A stretch of 64,000 bases of DNA from Arcobacteraceae bacterium (GCA_965224485.1 CBDCZH010000015.1:512001-576000); one strand, 5' to 3'. Positions 41,044 to 51,733 are shown, counted from the stretch's first letter. Notes: generated by a model from the sequence alone, not told the origin. Translations and numbers: made by a program.

Positions 41044-41523
41044 TTATTTTTTTCTTTCTAAGACTCTTTTATTAATTTCTTCATCTATTAACACCTCATC
41101 AGAAGTAGTTATAAATTTTATTGATTTAGGAAGAGTTATATTCTTAGAGTTTTGATAATTAGGTTCTTTTTGAAGTAATATTTTGTATTGATCTAAAACA
41201 CTTGTTTTATATTTATCAAAATTTATTTTCTCTTCTTGACTTAAAGTACTTGAGCTTTTTGCAACATATACTAGATATTTTAAAGAAGCATTAATATATT
41301 TAAAAGCTGTTTCCCAATCACCTAGTTTAAAGCTTAGTATGCTTCTTATTACATAAAAAGAAGGTAGTATTTTAAAAAGAACAATATTATTTTCAAACTT
41401 ATCACATTTTTGTACTAATGATTCATAGTTAATATTTTCTTCTTTACAAATAGAAGTTGAGATATTATCAAAAATAAAAGCATCTTCTTTCATATATTCT
41501 TTTAAAGTTAATTGTTCTGACAT
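41044..41523 (-). CDS. Hypothetical protein (possible single TPR-like helix pair)
   Basis: 159-aa ORF with AAGGA SD; no recognised family. Confidence 0.6.
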   Translation of the reverse strand: MSEQLTLKEYMKEDAFIFDNISTSICKEENINYESLVQKCDKFENNIVLFKILPSFYVIRSILSFKLGDWETAFKYINASLKYLVYVAKSSSTLSQEEKINFDKYKTSVLDQYKILLQKEPNYQNSKNITLPKSIKFITTSDEVLIDEEINKRVLERKK

Positions 41524-41633
41524 TATTGATTCCTTCTAATATAAAATCAGATTATGCCATAAATACAAGTCTTAAAGATAAAAAAAGAAGTAAACATTAC
41601 AATAGTAATCATATTAAAAATAATTATTTAAGC

Positions 41634-42452
41634 TTATGCTTTTTTAATAATATTATACGTAGGAAAAGGTATATTTATACTATTTTCTTTTAAGGCATCA
41701 TATATTTTTAGATTTATCTTATATTGAATCTGATTATATTGTTCGCTAAGTGCCCAATACCTAAGTTCAATATTTATAGAAGCTTCTGCAAACTCTTTAA
41801 TTCCAACTTGAAATTTTACCTCTTTAGAAATTCCATCACTTTGTCTTAAAACATTTGATATTACTTCAATCGCCTCTTTTGGATTACCAGTATATTCAAT
41901 TCCTACAATCATTTCAACAATAGTATAATCAAAAGAGTTAACTAATATTTCACCAACTATATGTTTATTTGGAATAGTTATTTCTTCTTTATCTTCAGTC
42001 TCAAGAACAGTATATGCAAGTTTTATATTTTTTACAATACCAGTATGCCCATGCATAGTAATAGTATTACCAATAACGAAAGGTCGTGTAGCAATAATAG
42101 AAATACCAGCTGCAAAATTAGAAAGTAAACCTTGTAGTGCTAATCCAGCACCAAGAGATAATGCACCAATAGCTGCAACAAAAGGAGTAAGTGTAATTCC
42201 TAGTTTTCCTAATGAAATAATACAAACTCCAGCAATTATAGCTATTCTAAGAGTCATTGTTAAAAATTTTGTTAGAGTTACATCAACATTTTTACTTAAA
42301 CATAATTTTTCAATAACAGATGAAACTTTTGAAGCAATATAAAAACCTATAATAAATATTATAATTGCACCTAATATTTGAAAGCTGTAATTAATAAAAA
42401 ATGCTATGATAATGTCATAGTACTTTTCAATATTTTCTAATTCTATTTCCAC
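41634..42452 (-). CDS. mscS: Small-conductance mechanosensitive channel
   Basis: GAGLALQGLLSNFAAGI, RPF.IG, IPN and INIPFP. Confidence 0.92.
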   Translation of the reverse strand: MEIELENIEKYYDIIIAFFINYSFQILGAIIIFIIGFYIASKVSSVIEKLCLSKNVDVTLTKFLTMTLRIAIIAGVCIISLGKLGITLTPFVAAIGALSLGAGLALQGLLSNFAAGISIIATRPFVIGNTITMHGHTGIVKNIKLAYTVLETEDKEEITIPNKHIVGEILVNSFDYTIVEMIVGIEYTGNPKEAIEVISNVLRQSDGISKEVKFQVGIKEFAEASINIELRYWALSEQYNQIQYKINLKIYDALKENSINIPFPTYNIIKKA

Positions 42453-42625
42453 GGTAAATAATCCTATAATGTAAGATAGTTAAATATTAGTATAGCACAT
42501 AAAATAAAAACTCACTATTTAGATTGTGTTGCACTTTTAAGTTAAATGGGAGAGATTAGTTTATAGAAAATTTTATGTCTTGTTATGTTTGTATTAGATT
42601 AAAAGGGAGTGGATTATTTGTATTT

Positions 42626-42700
42626 TGGAGGAGCCACCCAGAGTCGAACTGGGGATCAAGGATTTGCAATCCAATGCATTAGCCACTTTGCTATGGCTCC
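42626..42700 (-). tRNA. tRNA-Cys(GCA)
   Basis: Reverse complement GGAGCCA...TTGCAAA...GTTCGACTC...TGGCTCCTCCA. Confidence 0.93.
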
Positions 42701-42758
42701 AAAAAAATTTGAGTAAAATCACATAAAATATGAAAAAATTAGATGATTTGTAAAAAAA

Positions 42759-42847
42759 TGGCAGAGAGCAAGGGATTCGAACCCTCGGAGGTGTGACCCT
42801 CGCCGGTTTTCAAAACCGGTACATTCGACCAACTCTGTCAACTCTCT
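42759..42847 (-). tRNA. tRNA-Ser(TGA)
   Basis: Anticodon arm CCGGT-TTTGAAA-ACCGG, long variable arm, GTTCGAATC, CCA end. Confidence 0.93.
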
Positions 42848-42884
42848 GCATGAACTTAAAATAAATTTTAAGCTTTTATAATAG

Positions 42885-42971
42885 TGGTGCGAATGGTCGG
42901 AATTGAACCGACACTCCGAAACCGGAATTGGATTTTAAGTCCAACGCGTCTACCTATTCCGCCACACTCGC
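42885..42971 (-). tRNA. tRNA-Leu(TAA)
   Basis: Anticodon arm TTGGA-CTTAAAA-TCCAA, variable arm, CCA end. Confidence 0.93.
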
Positions 42972-43018
42972 ACTATTTGGGTAGATTTAAGAAGATATAT
43001 GTCTTAAATTGGAGTGGA

Positions 43019-43047
43019 AGTATATTAAAAAAACATATTATTGTCAA
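43019..43047 (-). promoter_or_regulatory. sigma70 promoter of the tRNA Leu-Ser-Cys cluster
   Basis: Minus strand TTGACA-17 nt-TATACT. Confidence 0.8.
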
Positions 43048-43115
43048 GGCTTTTTCGAAAAACTTTTCAAATTTGTGATATAATCTTAAATATTAAAAAA
43101 AATAGAAGGATGTTT

Positions 43116-44804
43116 ATGAGAAGTGATGAAGTTAAAACAGGCTATGACAGAGCCCCTCACCGGTCTTTACTAAGAGCTACTGGATTAAAAGATGAAGATT
43201 TTAAAAAACCATTTATTGGCGTTGCAAATTCATTCATAGAAATAATCCCTGGTCATTTCTTTTTAAATAAAGTTGCAGTAATTATTAAAGATGAGATAAA
43301 AAAGAATGGTTGTGTTCCTTTTGAGTTTAATACTATTGGTGTTGATGATGGTATTGCTATGGGTCATGATGGAATGCTTTTTTCACTTCCTAGTAGGGAA
43401 TTAATTGCTAACTCAATAGAAACAGTTATGAATGCACATAAACTAGATGCAATGATAGCAATTCCTAATTGTGACAAAATTGTTCCTGGTATGATTATGG
43501 GAGCTATTAGAGTTGATGTACCTACAATTTTTGTATCTGGTGGACCAATGGAGAAAGGTTATTCTAAAGATGGAACTCCGATTGATTTATCTACTGCATT
43601 TGAAGCTGTTGGACAATTTGAAGCAGGAGAGATAACTGAAGAAGAGTTAACTGATATTGAGTGTAATGCCTGTCCTAGTGGTGGATCATGCTCTGGTATG
43701 TTTACAGCTAACTCTATGAATACTTTAATGGAAGCTATGGGAATAGCATTACCTGGAAATGGAACTATTTTAGCCTTAACTCCGCAGAGAGAAGTATTAT
43801 ATAGACAAGCTGCAAAAAGAATATGTGATATTGCCAAGGATAATGAAGCTAGAGAAAAATTCAAATTATCAAATATTTTAAATGAAAATGCTGTTAGAAA
43901 TGCTTTTGCTGTTGATATGGCAATGGGTGGATCTTCTAATACTGTTTTACATATGTTAGCAATTGCAAAAGAAGCTGGTGTTGATTTTAAACTAGAAGAT
44001 ATTAATAAGATTTCTAAAAGAGTTTCACATATTGCTAAAATTTCTCCTTCTTTATCAACTGTTCATATGGAAGATATTAACAAAGCTGGTGGAGTTAATG
44101 CTGTTATGAAAGAAATGAGTAAAAGAGGTGATGATATTTTACTTGACAACCTTTGTATTACAGGTGAGACTTTATATGAAAAAATCAAAGATGCTTATAT
44201 CAAAGATACAAATATTATTCATACTATTGACAATCCTTACTCTCCAGTTGGCGGTTTAGCTATTTTATATGGTAACTTGGCACAACAAGGGGCTGTTATT
44301 AAAACAGCTGGAATTACAGGGGATAGAGTTATTACTGGAACTGCTATTTGTTTTGATGGACAACAAGAAGCTATTAATGGAATAATCGCTGGTAAAGTAA
44401 AAGCGGGTAATGTTGTAGTAATTCGTTATGAAGGTCCAAGAGGTGGTCCTGGTATGCAAGAAATGCTTGCACCTACTGCTTTAATCATGGGTATGGGTTT
44501 AGGTGATAGTGTTGCACTTATAACTGATGGTAGATTTTCAGGGGCTACGAGAGGTGCTTCTATTGGTCATGTTTCTCCTGAAGCAGCTGAGGGTGGAATG
44601 ATTGGTTTATTAAAAGATGGTGATGAAATTCATATTGATGTTGATAAATATATCTTAGAAGTACATTTAAGCGATAAAGAAATTGCAATAAGAAAAGCTA
44701 ATTTTAAACCTTTGAAGAAAAAACTAAAATCAGCATGGTTAGGTCAATACAGAGCTTTAGTTACAAATGCTAGTTCTGGTGCTGTTTTAAAAACTGATTT
44801 ATAA
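43116..44804 (+). CDS. ilvD: Dihydroxy-acid dehydratase
   Basis: [32 protein letters not shown] and TDGRFSG. Confidence 0.97.
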   Translation: MRSDEVKTGYDRAPHRSLLRATGLKDEDFKKPFIGVANSFIEIIPGHFFLNKVAVIIKDEIKKNGCVPFEFNTIGVDDGIAMGHDGMLFSLPSRELIANSIETVMNAHKLDAMIAIPNCDKIVPGMIMGAIRVDVPTIFVSGGPMEKGYSKDGTPIDLSTAFEAVGQFEAGEITEEELTDIECNACPSGGSCSGMFTANSMNTLMEAMGIALPGNGTILALTPQREVLYRQAAKRICDIAKDNEAREKFKLSNILNENAVRNAFAVDMAMGGSSNTVLHMLAIAKEAGVDFKLEDINKISKRVSHIAKISPSLSTVHMEDINKAGGVNAVMKEMSKRGDDILLDNLCITGETLYEKIKDAYIKDTNIIHTIDNPYSPVGGLAILYGNLAQQGAVIKTAGITGDRVITGTAICFDGQQEAINGIIAGKVKAGNVVVIRYEGPRGGPGMQEMLAPTALIMGMGLGDSVALITDGRFSGATRGASIGHVSPEAAEGGMIGLLKDGDEIHIDVDKYILEVHLSDKEIAIRKANFKPLKKKLKSAWLGQYRALVTNASSGAVLKTDL

Positions 44805-44828
44805 TCAGTAAGAATTAAACTACAAAAA

Positions 44829-44857
44829 AAGTAACTAAGATTTCATCTTAGTTACTT
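44829..44857 (+). terminator. Rho-independent terminator after ilvD
   Basis: AAGTAACTAAGAT-TTC-ATCTTAGTTACTT. Confidence 0.75.
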
Positions 44858-44953
44858 CTTCTCAAGCCGTTAACTTTTTATTAACCCTTTATTAAAATAT
44901 AGTTTATATTTATATTTTATAATTTACTTATATAAAAAATAAAGGAAAGACCT

Positions 44954-46390
44954 ATGGAAAATAAAGAAACAATATCTTCAAGATCTAAAATTCTAATAAT
45001 CTCATCACTTTTATTTACGAATTTGTTTTCTGCAGATATTAATTTACAATTAGCCAAAGAAGATCCAAAAAGAGTTATTCCAAATAAATCAAATGAGATT
45101 TTTTCTTTTAATAATTCAATAAAGAATGCTCTTGATGCAGTTGTGAATATATCAACAAAAAAGCATATTAAAGCCATTCATTCTAGAAATAACCCTATGT
45201 TACAAGACCCTTTTTTCAGAAAGTTTTTTGGAGAGCAATTTAAAAGACAATTCCAGAAAAATAGAGTACAAAGAGCACTTGGTTCTGGAGTTATTATCTC
45301 AAAAGATGGCTATATTGTTACAAATAATCATGTAATTGAAAATGCAGATGAAATCACAATTACTCTTAAAGGTGATAAAACAGAGTATAAAGCTAAAGTA
45401 ATAGGTTTAGATAAAGCTTCTGATTTAGCTGTTATAAAGATTGATAAAAAGAATTTAACAGCTATTAAAATTGGTCACTCTAAAAATCTTAAAATTGCAG
45501 ACTTAGTTTTTGCAATAGGAAACCCTTTTGGAATAGGTGAAACAGTTACTCAAGGAATTATTTCTGCTTTAAACAAAAACCAAGTTGGAATAAATCAATA
45601 TGAGAACTTTATTCAAACCGATGCTTCAATAAACCCTGGAAACTCAGGAGGAGCTTTAGTTGATAGCAGAGGTGTTCTAATAGGTATAAACTCAGCAATT
45701 TTATCAAAAAGTGGTGGAAATAATGGAATTGGTTTTGCTATTCCTGTTTCGATGGTTAAAGATGTAGTTACTAAACTTATAAAAGATGGAAAAGTAAGTC
45801 GTGGATATTTAGGCATATCTATTGATAATTTAAGTAAAGATTTACGCTCAATTTATAATCATAAAAAAGGTGCTTTAGTTTTAAATGTAGAAAAAGACTC
45901 AGCAGCAGCTAAATATGGTTTAAAAAGAGGAGATTTAATTTTTAAAATAAATAAGAATGAAATAAGCGATAGAAAAAGTTTACAGCATGTAATTGCTTCT
46001 TATAAACCAAATAGTAAAATATTTTTACATATTGAAAGAAATAAAAAAAATAAAATTCTTTCTATTGTTTTAGGTTCAAGAGATTCACTTTCAAAACTAC
46101 ATACCAAAGAGAATGTTTTAGGAGGATTAGAACTTAATGAAATTAATGAAAAAATCATTAAAGAGTATAACTTGCAAAAAAACCAAGAAGGTGTACTTGT
46201 TACAAAAATAAAAAAAGAATCTAAAGCTTCAAAAGTAGGTTTTCATACAGGTGATGTTATTATACAAATTGAAGACATTGAAATTAAAAATTTAACTAAT
46301 ATACAAGAAGCAATAAAACAGTACAAAAACATACATAAAAGAGTTTATATAAATAGATTTGGACAAACTCTTGTTTTAGTGATTAAATAA
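44954..46390 (+). CDS. htrA: Do/DegQ-family periplasmic serine protease with two PDZ domains
   Basis: TNNHV, QTDASINPGNSGGAL and RGYLG. Confidence 0.95.
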   Translation: MENKETISSRSKILIISSLLFTNLFSADINLQLAKEDPKRVIPNKSNEIFSFNNSIKNALDAVVNISTKKHIKAIHSRNNPMLQDPFFRKFFGEQFKRQFQKNRVQRALGSGVIISKDGYIVTNNHVIENADEITITLKGDKTEYKAKVIGLDKASDLAVIKIDKKNLTAIKIGHSKNLKIADLVFAIGNPFGIGETVTQGIISALNKNQVGINQYENFIQTDASINPGNSGGALVDSRGVLIGINSAILSKSGGNNGIGFAIPVSMVKDVVTKLIKDGKVSRGYLGISIDNLSKDLRSIYNHKKGALVLNVEKDSAAAKYGLKRGDLIFKINKNEISDRKSLQHVIASYKPNSKIFLHIERNKKNKILSIVLGSRDSLSKLHTKENVLGGLELNEINEKIIKEYNLQKNQEGVLVTKIKKESKASKVGFHTGDVIIQIEDIEIKNLTNIQEAIKQYKNIHKRVYINRFGQTLVLVIK

Positions 46391-46400
46391 AGGATTTATT

Positions 46401-47075
46401 ATTACAAAAGTATTAATGATAGAAGATGATTTAGAGTTAGCAGGTATCATAATAGATTATTTAAAATCTTTTGACATAGAAGTTACAAATACAGATAGTC
46501 CTTATACTGGACTATCTATGTTAGAAGTTAATAAGCAGTATGAACTTCTAATTTTAGATTTAACTCTTCCTGAGATTGATGGTTTAGAATTAATTCCTAA
46601 AATAAGAAAAGTTTCTAATATACCTATTATTATCTCAAGTGCAAGAGACGATATTTTAGATAAAGTTATGGGTTTAGAGCGAGGGGCAGATGATTATTTA
46701 CCAAAACCTTACAATCCAAGAGAGCTTCAGGCAAGAATCAAAGCAATTTTAAAACGATTTGCACCTATAGAAAAAGAGATAAAAAAGAGTTCTATTTTAG
46801 AGCTTAAAAAAGATGATATTCAAATATTATTTAAGGGTAATTTACTTGACTTAACTATGGCAGAATTTGATCTTTTAAAACTTTTAATTCTAAGAAATGG
46901 TGGAGTTGTTGCAAGAGAAGATTTTATTTATGATAGTGAAAATATAGAAGATGATAGTAGTTTAAAAAACATTGATGTAATTATTTCAAGAATTAGGCAT
47001 AAAATCGCATTATTTGACAAAGAAACAACATATATAAAATCTGTACGAGGTATTGGATATCAATTAGTATTATGA
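46401..47075 (+). CDS. OmpR-family response regulator (CprR-like); probable ATT start at 46401, first ATG at 46416
   Basis: (M)TKVLMIEDD, LDLTLP..DG, GADDYLPKPY and VRGIGY. Confidence 0.9.
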   Translation: MTKVLMIEDDLELAGIIIDYLKSFDIEVTNTDSPYTGLSMLEVNKQYELLILDLTLPEIDGLELIPKIRKVSNIPIIISSARDDILDKVMGLERGADDYLPKPYNPRELQARIKAILKRFAPIEKEIKKSSILELKKDDIQILFKGNLLDLTMAEFDLLKLLILRNGGVVAREDFIYDSENIEDDSSLKNIDVIISRIRHKIALFDKETTYIKSVRGIGYQLVL

Positions 47076-48289
47076 GAAACTTCTCTATTTCTACTTTTAT
47101 AAATCTTGTTTTTATTTTAGCTTTTTCTTTCATAACTCTTAGCTTTTTACTTTTTGTAAAACTTGATCAAGAAAAATATGAAACAAGAAAAACACAAAGA
47201 TACTCACTAATTGCAGATTCATTTTTAAGTGGTTTTCAAACCTTCCCTTCTCAAGAAGATTTAAATACCTTGTATAAAAAGTTTGCAGTTAGTCCTATTG
47301 ATAAAAAAAGTGAAAAATTAAATATCATTAATACAGCACAAAATATGATTATTCAAAATACAATTTTTGGAAATGCTAGAGTTTATTTTTTAGATGATGA
47401 TTATTATATTTATGTTGAAAAGCTATCTTATAATATTTTATTAAAAGACTTACAATCAAGACCTTATAATAGAGGCTTTGGTTTACTATTATTTATTTCT
47501 TCTTTATTTATATTTTTATTACTTTTTATTCTAATAAAAAGAAAGTTTAAACCTTTAAAAAAACTAGATCAACAAATTCAACAATTTGCAGATGGAAATA
47601 CAAATATTAAACTTGTTTTTAACCATGATGACGAAATAGGTAAAATTGCAAGAAGTTTTAATCAAGCAATAATAAATATAAATAACCTTACAAAATCAAA
47701 AAATCTTTTTATGAGAAATATGATGCATGAGCTTAAAACACCTATTACAAAAGCTATGTTTATAGCTGAAACCTTAGATGATGAGAAAGCAAGAGATTCT
47801 TTGCAAAAAGCTTTTGCAAGAATGGATAATATTATAAAAGAATTAGCAACTGTTGAGAAACTAACTTCAAATACTAATGTTTTATATAAAGAAAATACTA
47901 ATTTTGAAGAGATTTATCAAAAAGCCTTAAGTGTTTTATTAGTTGATAATTCTAAAATAACAGCAGATTTTAAAAACTTTGATTTAAAAGTTGATATATC
48001 TTTATTTTCAATTGCTTTAAAAAATCTACTTGATAATGGAATAAAGTTCTCACTTATAAAACATGTAGAAATTAAAGCTTGTAAAAAAGAAATAATTGTT
48101 TCTTCAAAAGGGGAAAAGCTGAAATATGACCTAGAGTATTATACAGAACCTTTTTCACAAGAAGAAAAAAGAAAAGATGGTTTTGGTTTAGGTTTATATA
48201 TTGTTAAAACAACGGCTCAATTACATGAGTTTAGTTTAGAGTATAAATATGAAGATGAGAAAAATCATTTTATTATAAAAATGAAATAA
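47072..48289 (+). CDS. HAMP sensor histidine kinase (CprS/ArsS-like)
   Basis: Two TM helices, HAMP, HELKTP, NLLDN and GLGLYIV. Confidence 0.92.
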   Translation: MRNFSISTFINLVFILAFSFITLSFLLFVKLDQEKYETRKTQRYSLIADSFLSGFQTFPSQEDLNTLYKKFAVSPIDKKSEKLNIINTAQNMIIQNTIFGNARVYFLDDDYYIYVEKLSYNILLKDLQSRPYNRGFGLLLFISSLFIFLLLFILIKRKFKPLKKLDQQIQQFADGNTNIKLVFNHDDEIGKIARSFNQAIININNLTKSKNLFMRNMMHELKTPITKAMFIAETLDDEKARDSLQKAFARMDNIIKELATVEKLTSNTNVLYKENTNFEEIYQKALSVLLVDNSKITADFKNFDLKVDISLFSIALKNLLDNGIKFSLIKHVEIKACKKEIIVSSKGEKLKYDLEYYTEPFSQEEKRKDGFGLGLYIVKTTAQLHEFSLEYKYEDEKNHFIIKMK

Positions 48290-48330
48290 TCTTTGAAAAG
48301 CTGAAAAAAAAAGCTAAAAAATAAAGCACT

Positions 48331-49281
48331 TTAAAAACTCTCTAAAGCTTTAGAGAGTTTTTCTAACTTTTCTTGATTTTTTATAACTATTCTAAACATA
48401 GCTTTTGATAAAAAATCATAAGAAGAACACTCTTCTAGACGGATAGAATTTTGAGTTAAAAACTCATAAAAACAATCAATTTCTTTATCTAAAACTTTTA
48501 CTAAAATAAAGTTTGTATCAGAAGGAATATAATATTCAAATACTTTTTTAGTAGAAAGAATTAGCTCTAAGATATTTTTATTTTTAGAATTTATAGCCTT
48601 TGAAATAACTTTAAAGTTTTTTTCTTTTAAAAAACTATTTGTAAAATATATATCATATAAACTTATACTATCTTTTGATTCATATAAACTAATATTTTTT
48701 ATATTTATTTTACTTGATAATAAAGTAGAAAGTTTTATGCTCTTATTACTATAAAACTTATTTAAAGATTTTAAAATAAATAAATTTTGAGTAATATTTA
48801 GATATTTATTAGTAGAACTTTTACTTGTATAGGGTAAAAAAGTTTCATCTATAAAAACTACAGCATTATTTTTATTCCATAAGGTAAAAAGTTCCTCAAG
48901 ATTATGATACTTACCATCAAGTAGGTTTGGATTTGCAAAAATAACTAAAGAAGATTTAGGAATATTTATATTGATATCTTCATAAATATTAATTAAAATA
49001 ATATTAAAATCATACAAATAAGCTATTTCTTTATACTCTTTAGTTATAGGTGCATAAATATATATATTCCTAATATCAAAAGAAGTATGAATATATCTAA
49101 AAAAAGAGTGTATTAAACTCTTTTTAGAAGGAAATAAGAGAAGTTCATCTAAATATACCTGATAATATAAACTAAGGCTGGAGAGGACATTATCATAGCT
49201 TTGAGAGCTTTTATTTATATCTTTGCTATTAAAAGTAATATCAGTTTTTACACTGTTTTCATCTTCTGTAAAATTTAGCAT
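48331..49281 (-). CDS. Divergent class I/II PLP-dependent enzyme (HisC/CobD-like fold)
   Basis: ANPN..DG, IDETF, KSLNKFY, NFILV and FRI motifs. Confidence 0.7.
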   Translation of the reverse strand: MLNFTEDENSVKTDITFNSKDINKSSQSYDNVLSSLSLYYQVYLDELLLFPSKKSLIHSFFRYIHTSFDIRNIYIYAPITKEYKEIAYLYDFNIILINIYEDININIPKSSLVIFANPNLLDGKYHNLEELFTLWNKNNAVVFIDETFLPYTSKSSTNKYLNITQNLFILKSLNKFYSNKSIKLSTLLSSKINIKNISLYESKDSISLYDIYFTNSFLKEKNFKVISKAINSKNKNILELILSTKKVFEYYIPSDTNFILVKVLDKEIDCFYEFLTQNSIRLEECSSYDFLSKAMFRIVIKNQEKLEKLSKALESF

Positions 49282-49297
49282 GAAATGAAAACTTCTT

Positions 49298-49897
49298 TTA
49301 AAGATTTAAGAAGTTTTTAATTCCTGTAAAAATAAATTGAGCAGAAATTGCGGCTAAGAAAAGACCAGTTATTTTTGAGATTATCAATAAACCTTGTTTT
49401 CCTACAAGTTTTTCAAAAATATTTGAAAGATATAACATAAGACCTACTAATAAAACAGCACAAACAAGAGCAAAACTACCTGTTGCTAAAGCAGATACAT
49501 CTTCATACTCAGCACCCATAACAAGTAATATACCAATAGTTCCAGGTCCAATTGTAACAGGAATAGCTAATGGAACTACTGCTAATTCTGAAATATTTTG
49601 GCTCTCAATTTTCTCTCCATCTTTAGTTCCATGAATAAGCTCAACAGCTGTTAAAAAAAGTAAAGCCCCTGCTCCTATTCTAAAAGCATCTAAAGTAACT
49701 CCAAAAACACTAAAAATATTTTTTCCAAAAAACATCAAAATTAAACTCATTACAATTACCGAAAAAGTAACTTTAATAGCAAGTTTTCTTTTTTCTTTAA
49801 TACTTGCATGTTTAGTAATAGTAATAAAAACAGTAAGCACAAAGAAAGGTGCCATCATAAAATATATCTTTAAAAAAGATGAAAGAAAAGTATCTAT
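49298..49897 (-). CDS. marC: MarC-family membrane protein; probable ATA start at 49897, first ATG at 49858
   Basis: DAFRIGAG.LLF, VVPLAIP.TIGPG and six TM helices. Confidence 0.88.
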   Translation of the reverse strand: MDTFLSSFLKIYFMMAPFFVLTVFITITKHASIKEKRKLAIKVTFSVIVMSLILMFFGKNIFSVFGVTLDAFRIGAGALLFLTAVELIHGTKDGEKIESQNISELAVVPLAIPVTIGPGTIGILLVMGAEYEDVSALATGSFALVCAVLLVGLMLYLSNIFEKLVGKQGLLIISKITGLFLAAISAQFIFTGIKNFLNL

Positions 49898-49906
49898 AAT
49901 TAACTC

Positions 49907-51637
49907 CTAGAAATATTTATTTATTATGTTTAAAAAATCTTCGGGATTCTTATATCCAATTATTTTAGCTGCTTTTACTTCTTGATTGTTAGTATTGAAA
50001 AAAATTAAACCTGGAGGTCCAAAAATCCCATATTTTTTTTGTAAATCTTTATCATCTTGAGTATTCTTTGTTACATCAGCTTTTAATAAAGTAAAGTTTT
50101 TAAGTTTTGCTCTAACTTTTTCATCTTCAAAAGTAATTTCTTCAAGTTCAATACAAGAAATACACCAATCAGCATAAAAATCTAACATAACTGGTTTTTT
50201 TGAAGCTTTAATAGCCTCATTTAATTCTTTTATATTTCTTACTTTTGTAAAAATAAGTTTAGAAGAAGAACTTAGAGATGTTTTACTTGTAAATACTTCT
50301 AAGGGATTTAATACGTTTTTAGAACCACTTAGGGCACCTATAAAAAGTGAAACTCCATAAACAAACATAAGAAGTGTAAATAACCGAACAAGTACATGTT
50401 CATACATTTTTAAATAAATTGCACTTCCTAATAATAAAAATGAGTATAAAAACATACTAAGAGTAACATCAACTATTCTATCTAACATAAAAATAGCAAT
50501 TCCTAACATAACCAAACCAAAGATTTTAGAAATACTATCCATCCAAGCTCCTGGTTTTGGCATATATTTACCAGCTCCAAGTCCTATTAATAATAAAGGA
50601 ACACCCATTCCAAAACTTAAAATAAATAAAGCAGCTCCACCTAAAACGGCATCACCTGTTTGTCCTATGTAAATTAAAGCACCAGCTAGGGGTGCTGCCA
50701 CACAAGGACCAACTATAAGAGCTGAGAGGAATCCCATAATTGCTATTCCAAATACACCTTGTTTTTCTTTTCCATCTGTTGTTTTATTGATTTTATTTTG
50801 CAAACTTTGAGGAAGTTCTAGTTTAAAATATCCAAACATAGAAAAGGCTAAAAGTACAAAAACAGCAGAAAAAACAGATAAAACATAAGGATTTTGCAGA
50901 GCAACTTGTAAATTAGCTCCAAATAAACCTGCAATTATTCCAGCAAGAGTATAAGCTAAAGACATAGAGAAAACATAAACAAAAGATAAAAAGAATCCTT
51001 TTTTTGCTGTTAGTTTTTCTTTTGAACCTGCTTTTACTATAATTGAGGACAAAATAGGAATCATTGGAAAAATACAAGGAGTTAAAGATAATAATAAACC
51101 AAAACCAAAAAATGTTAATAATACAATAACAATATTCCCATTTTTTAAAGTATTTGTAATCAAATCACTTTCACTTAAATCTTCTTTTGTAAGATTTATC
51201 TTATTTTGCATTTTAGGTGAAACAACTTTATCAAAACTAATAGTAGTAATTTCACTCATAGGTGCATAACATAAACCAGCAGTAGAACAACCTTGAAACT
51301 GAAACTCTAGCTCGTAAGAACTAGCTTTGCCTGCTTTTTGTAAAAGTTCATTTGGTATTTCTAATTTTAAATCATCAAAATGTACAATAAACTCTTTATA
51401 AACAACGGGTGCAGGAATATTTATATGTTTTGTAAGCTCTTTTTTAAAAGGTTTAGTAATAAAAACCTTTACTTTTTCATCATATAAATAAATATTTTTT
51501 CCAAGTTCTAAATTTATAATTGTTTTATCTTTTTCTTGTGTGAAACTTTGTTTAAAAGCATCTTGGGGATCTAAGAACTTTTGTTCTATTGCAAAAGAAA
51601 AAACAGATAATAACAATATCATTAATAAATTACGCAT
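49907..51637 (-). CDS. dsbD: Thiol:disulfide interchange protein DsbD
   Basis: QGC...GLCY, TPCIFPMIPI, VGPC.AAPL and YADWCISC. Confidence 0.93.
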   Translation of the reverse strand: MRNLLMILLLSVFSFAIEQKFLDPQDAFKQSFTQEKDKTIINLELGKNIYLYDEKVKVFITKPFKKELTKHINIPAPVVYKEFIVHFDDLKLEIPNELLQKAGKASSYELEFQFQGCSTAGLCYAPMSEITTISFDKVVSPKMQNKINLTKEDLSESDLITNTLKNGNIVIVLLTFFGFGLLLSLTPCIFPMIPILSSIIVKAGSKEKLTAKKGFFLSFVYVFSMSLAYTLAGIIAGLFGANLQVALQNPYVLSVFSAVFVLLAFSMFGYFKLELPQSLQNKINKTTDGKEKQGVFGIAIMGFLSALIVGPCVAAPLAGALIYIGQTGDAVLGGAALFILSFGMGVPLLLIGLGAGKYMPKPGAWMDSISKIFGLVMLGIAIFMLDRIVDVTLSMFLYSFLLLGSAIYLKMYEHVLVRLFTLLMFVYGVSLFIGALSGSKNVLNPLEVFTSKTSLSSSSKLIFTKVRNIKELNEAIKASKKPVMLDFYADWCISCIELEEITFEDEKVRAKLKNFTLLKADVTKNTQDDKDLQKKYGIFGPPGLIFFNTNNQEVKAAKIIGYKNPEDFLNIINKYF

Positions 51638-51733
51638 CTTCATCCTATCTTTATAATATTTTGTATTCTTAATCTTAATTCTATACTTTTTATTTCTAAT
51701 TTCATATAGTAACAAGCATATATAAACTAATTC

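Noticed and set aside
41600..42971. T6SS/phn block as an island integrated at the tRNA-Cys 3' end
   Set aside because: No integrase, transposase or duplicated tRNA end seen in the window; mscS intervenes; no obvious composition shift
42884..43078. 64-aa ORF on the plus strand
   Set aside because: It is the antisense of tRNA-Leu and its promoter
299..51715. Longest-ORF starts at 299, 6564, 14573, 36743, 43041 and 51715
   Set aside because: Downstream ATGs (335, 6594, 14534, 36815, 43116, 51637) fit SD position, signal peptides or domain starts better
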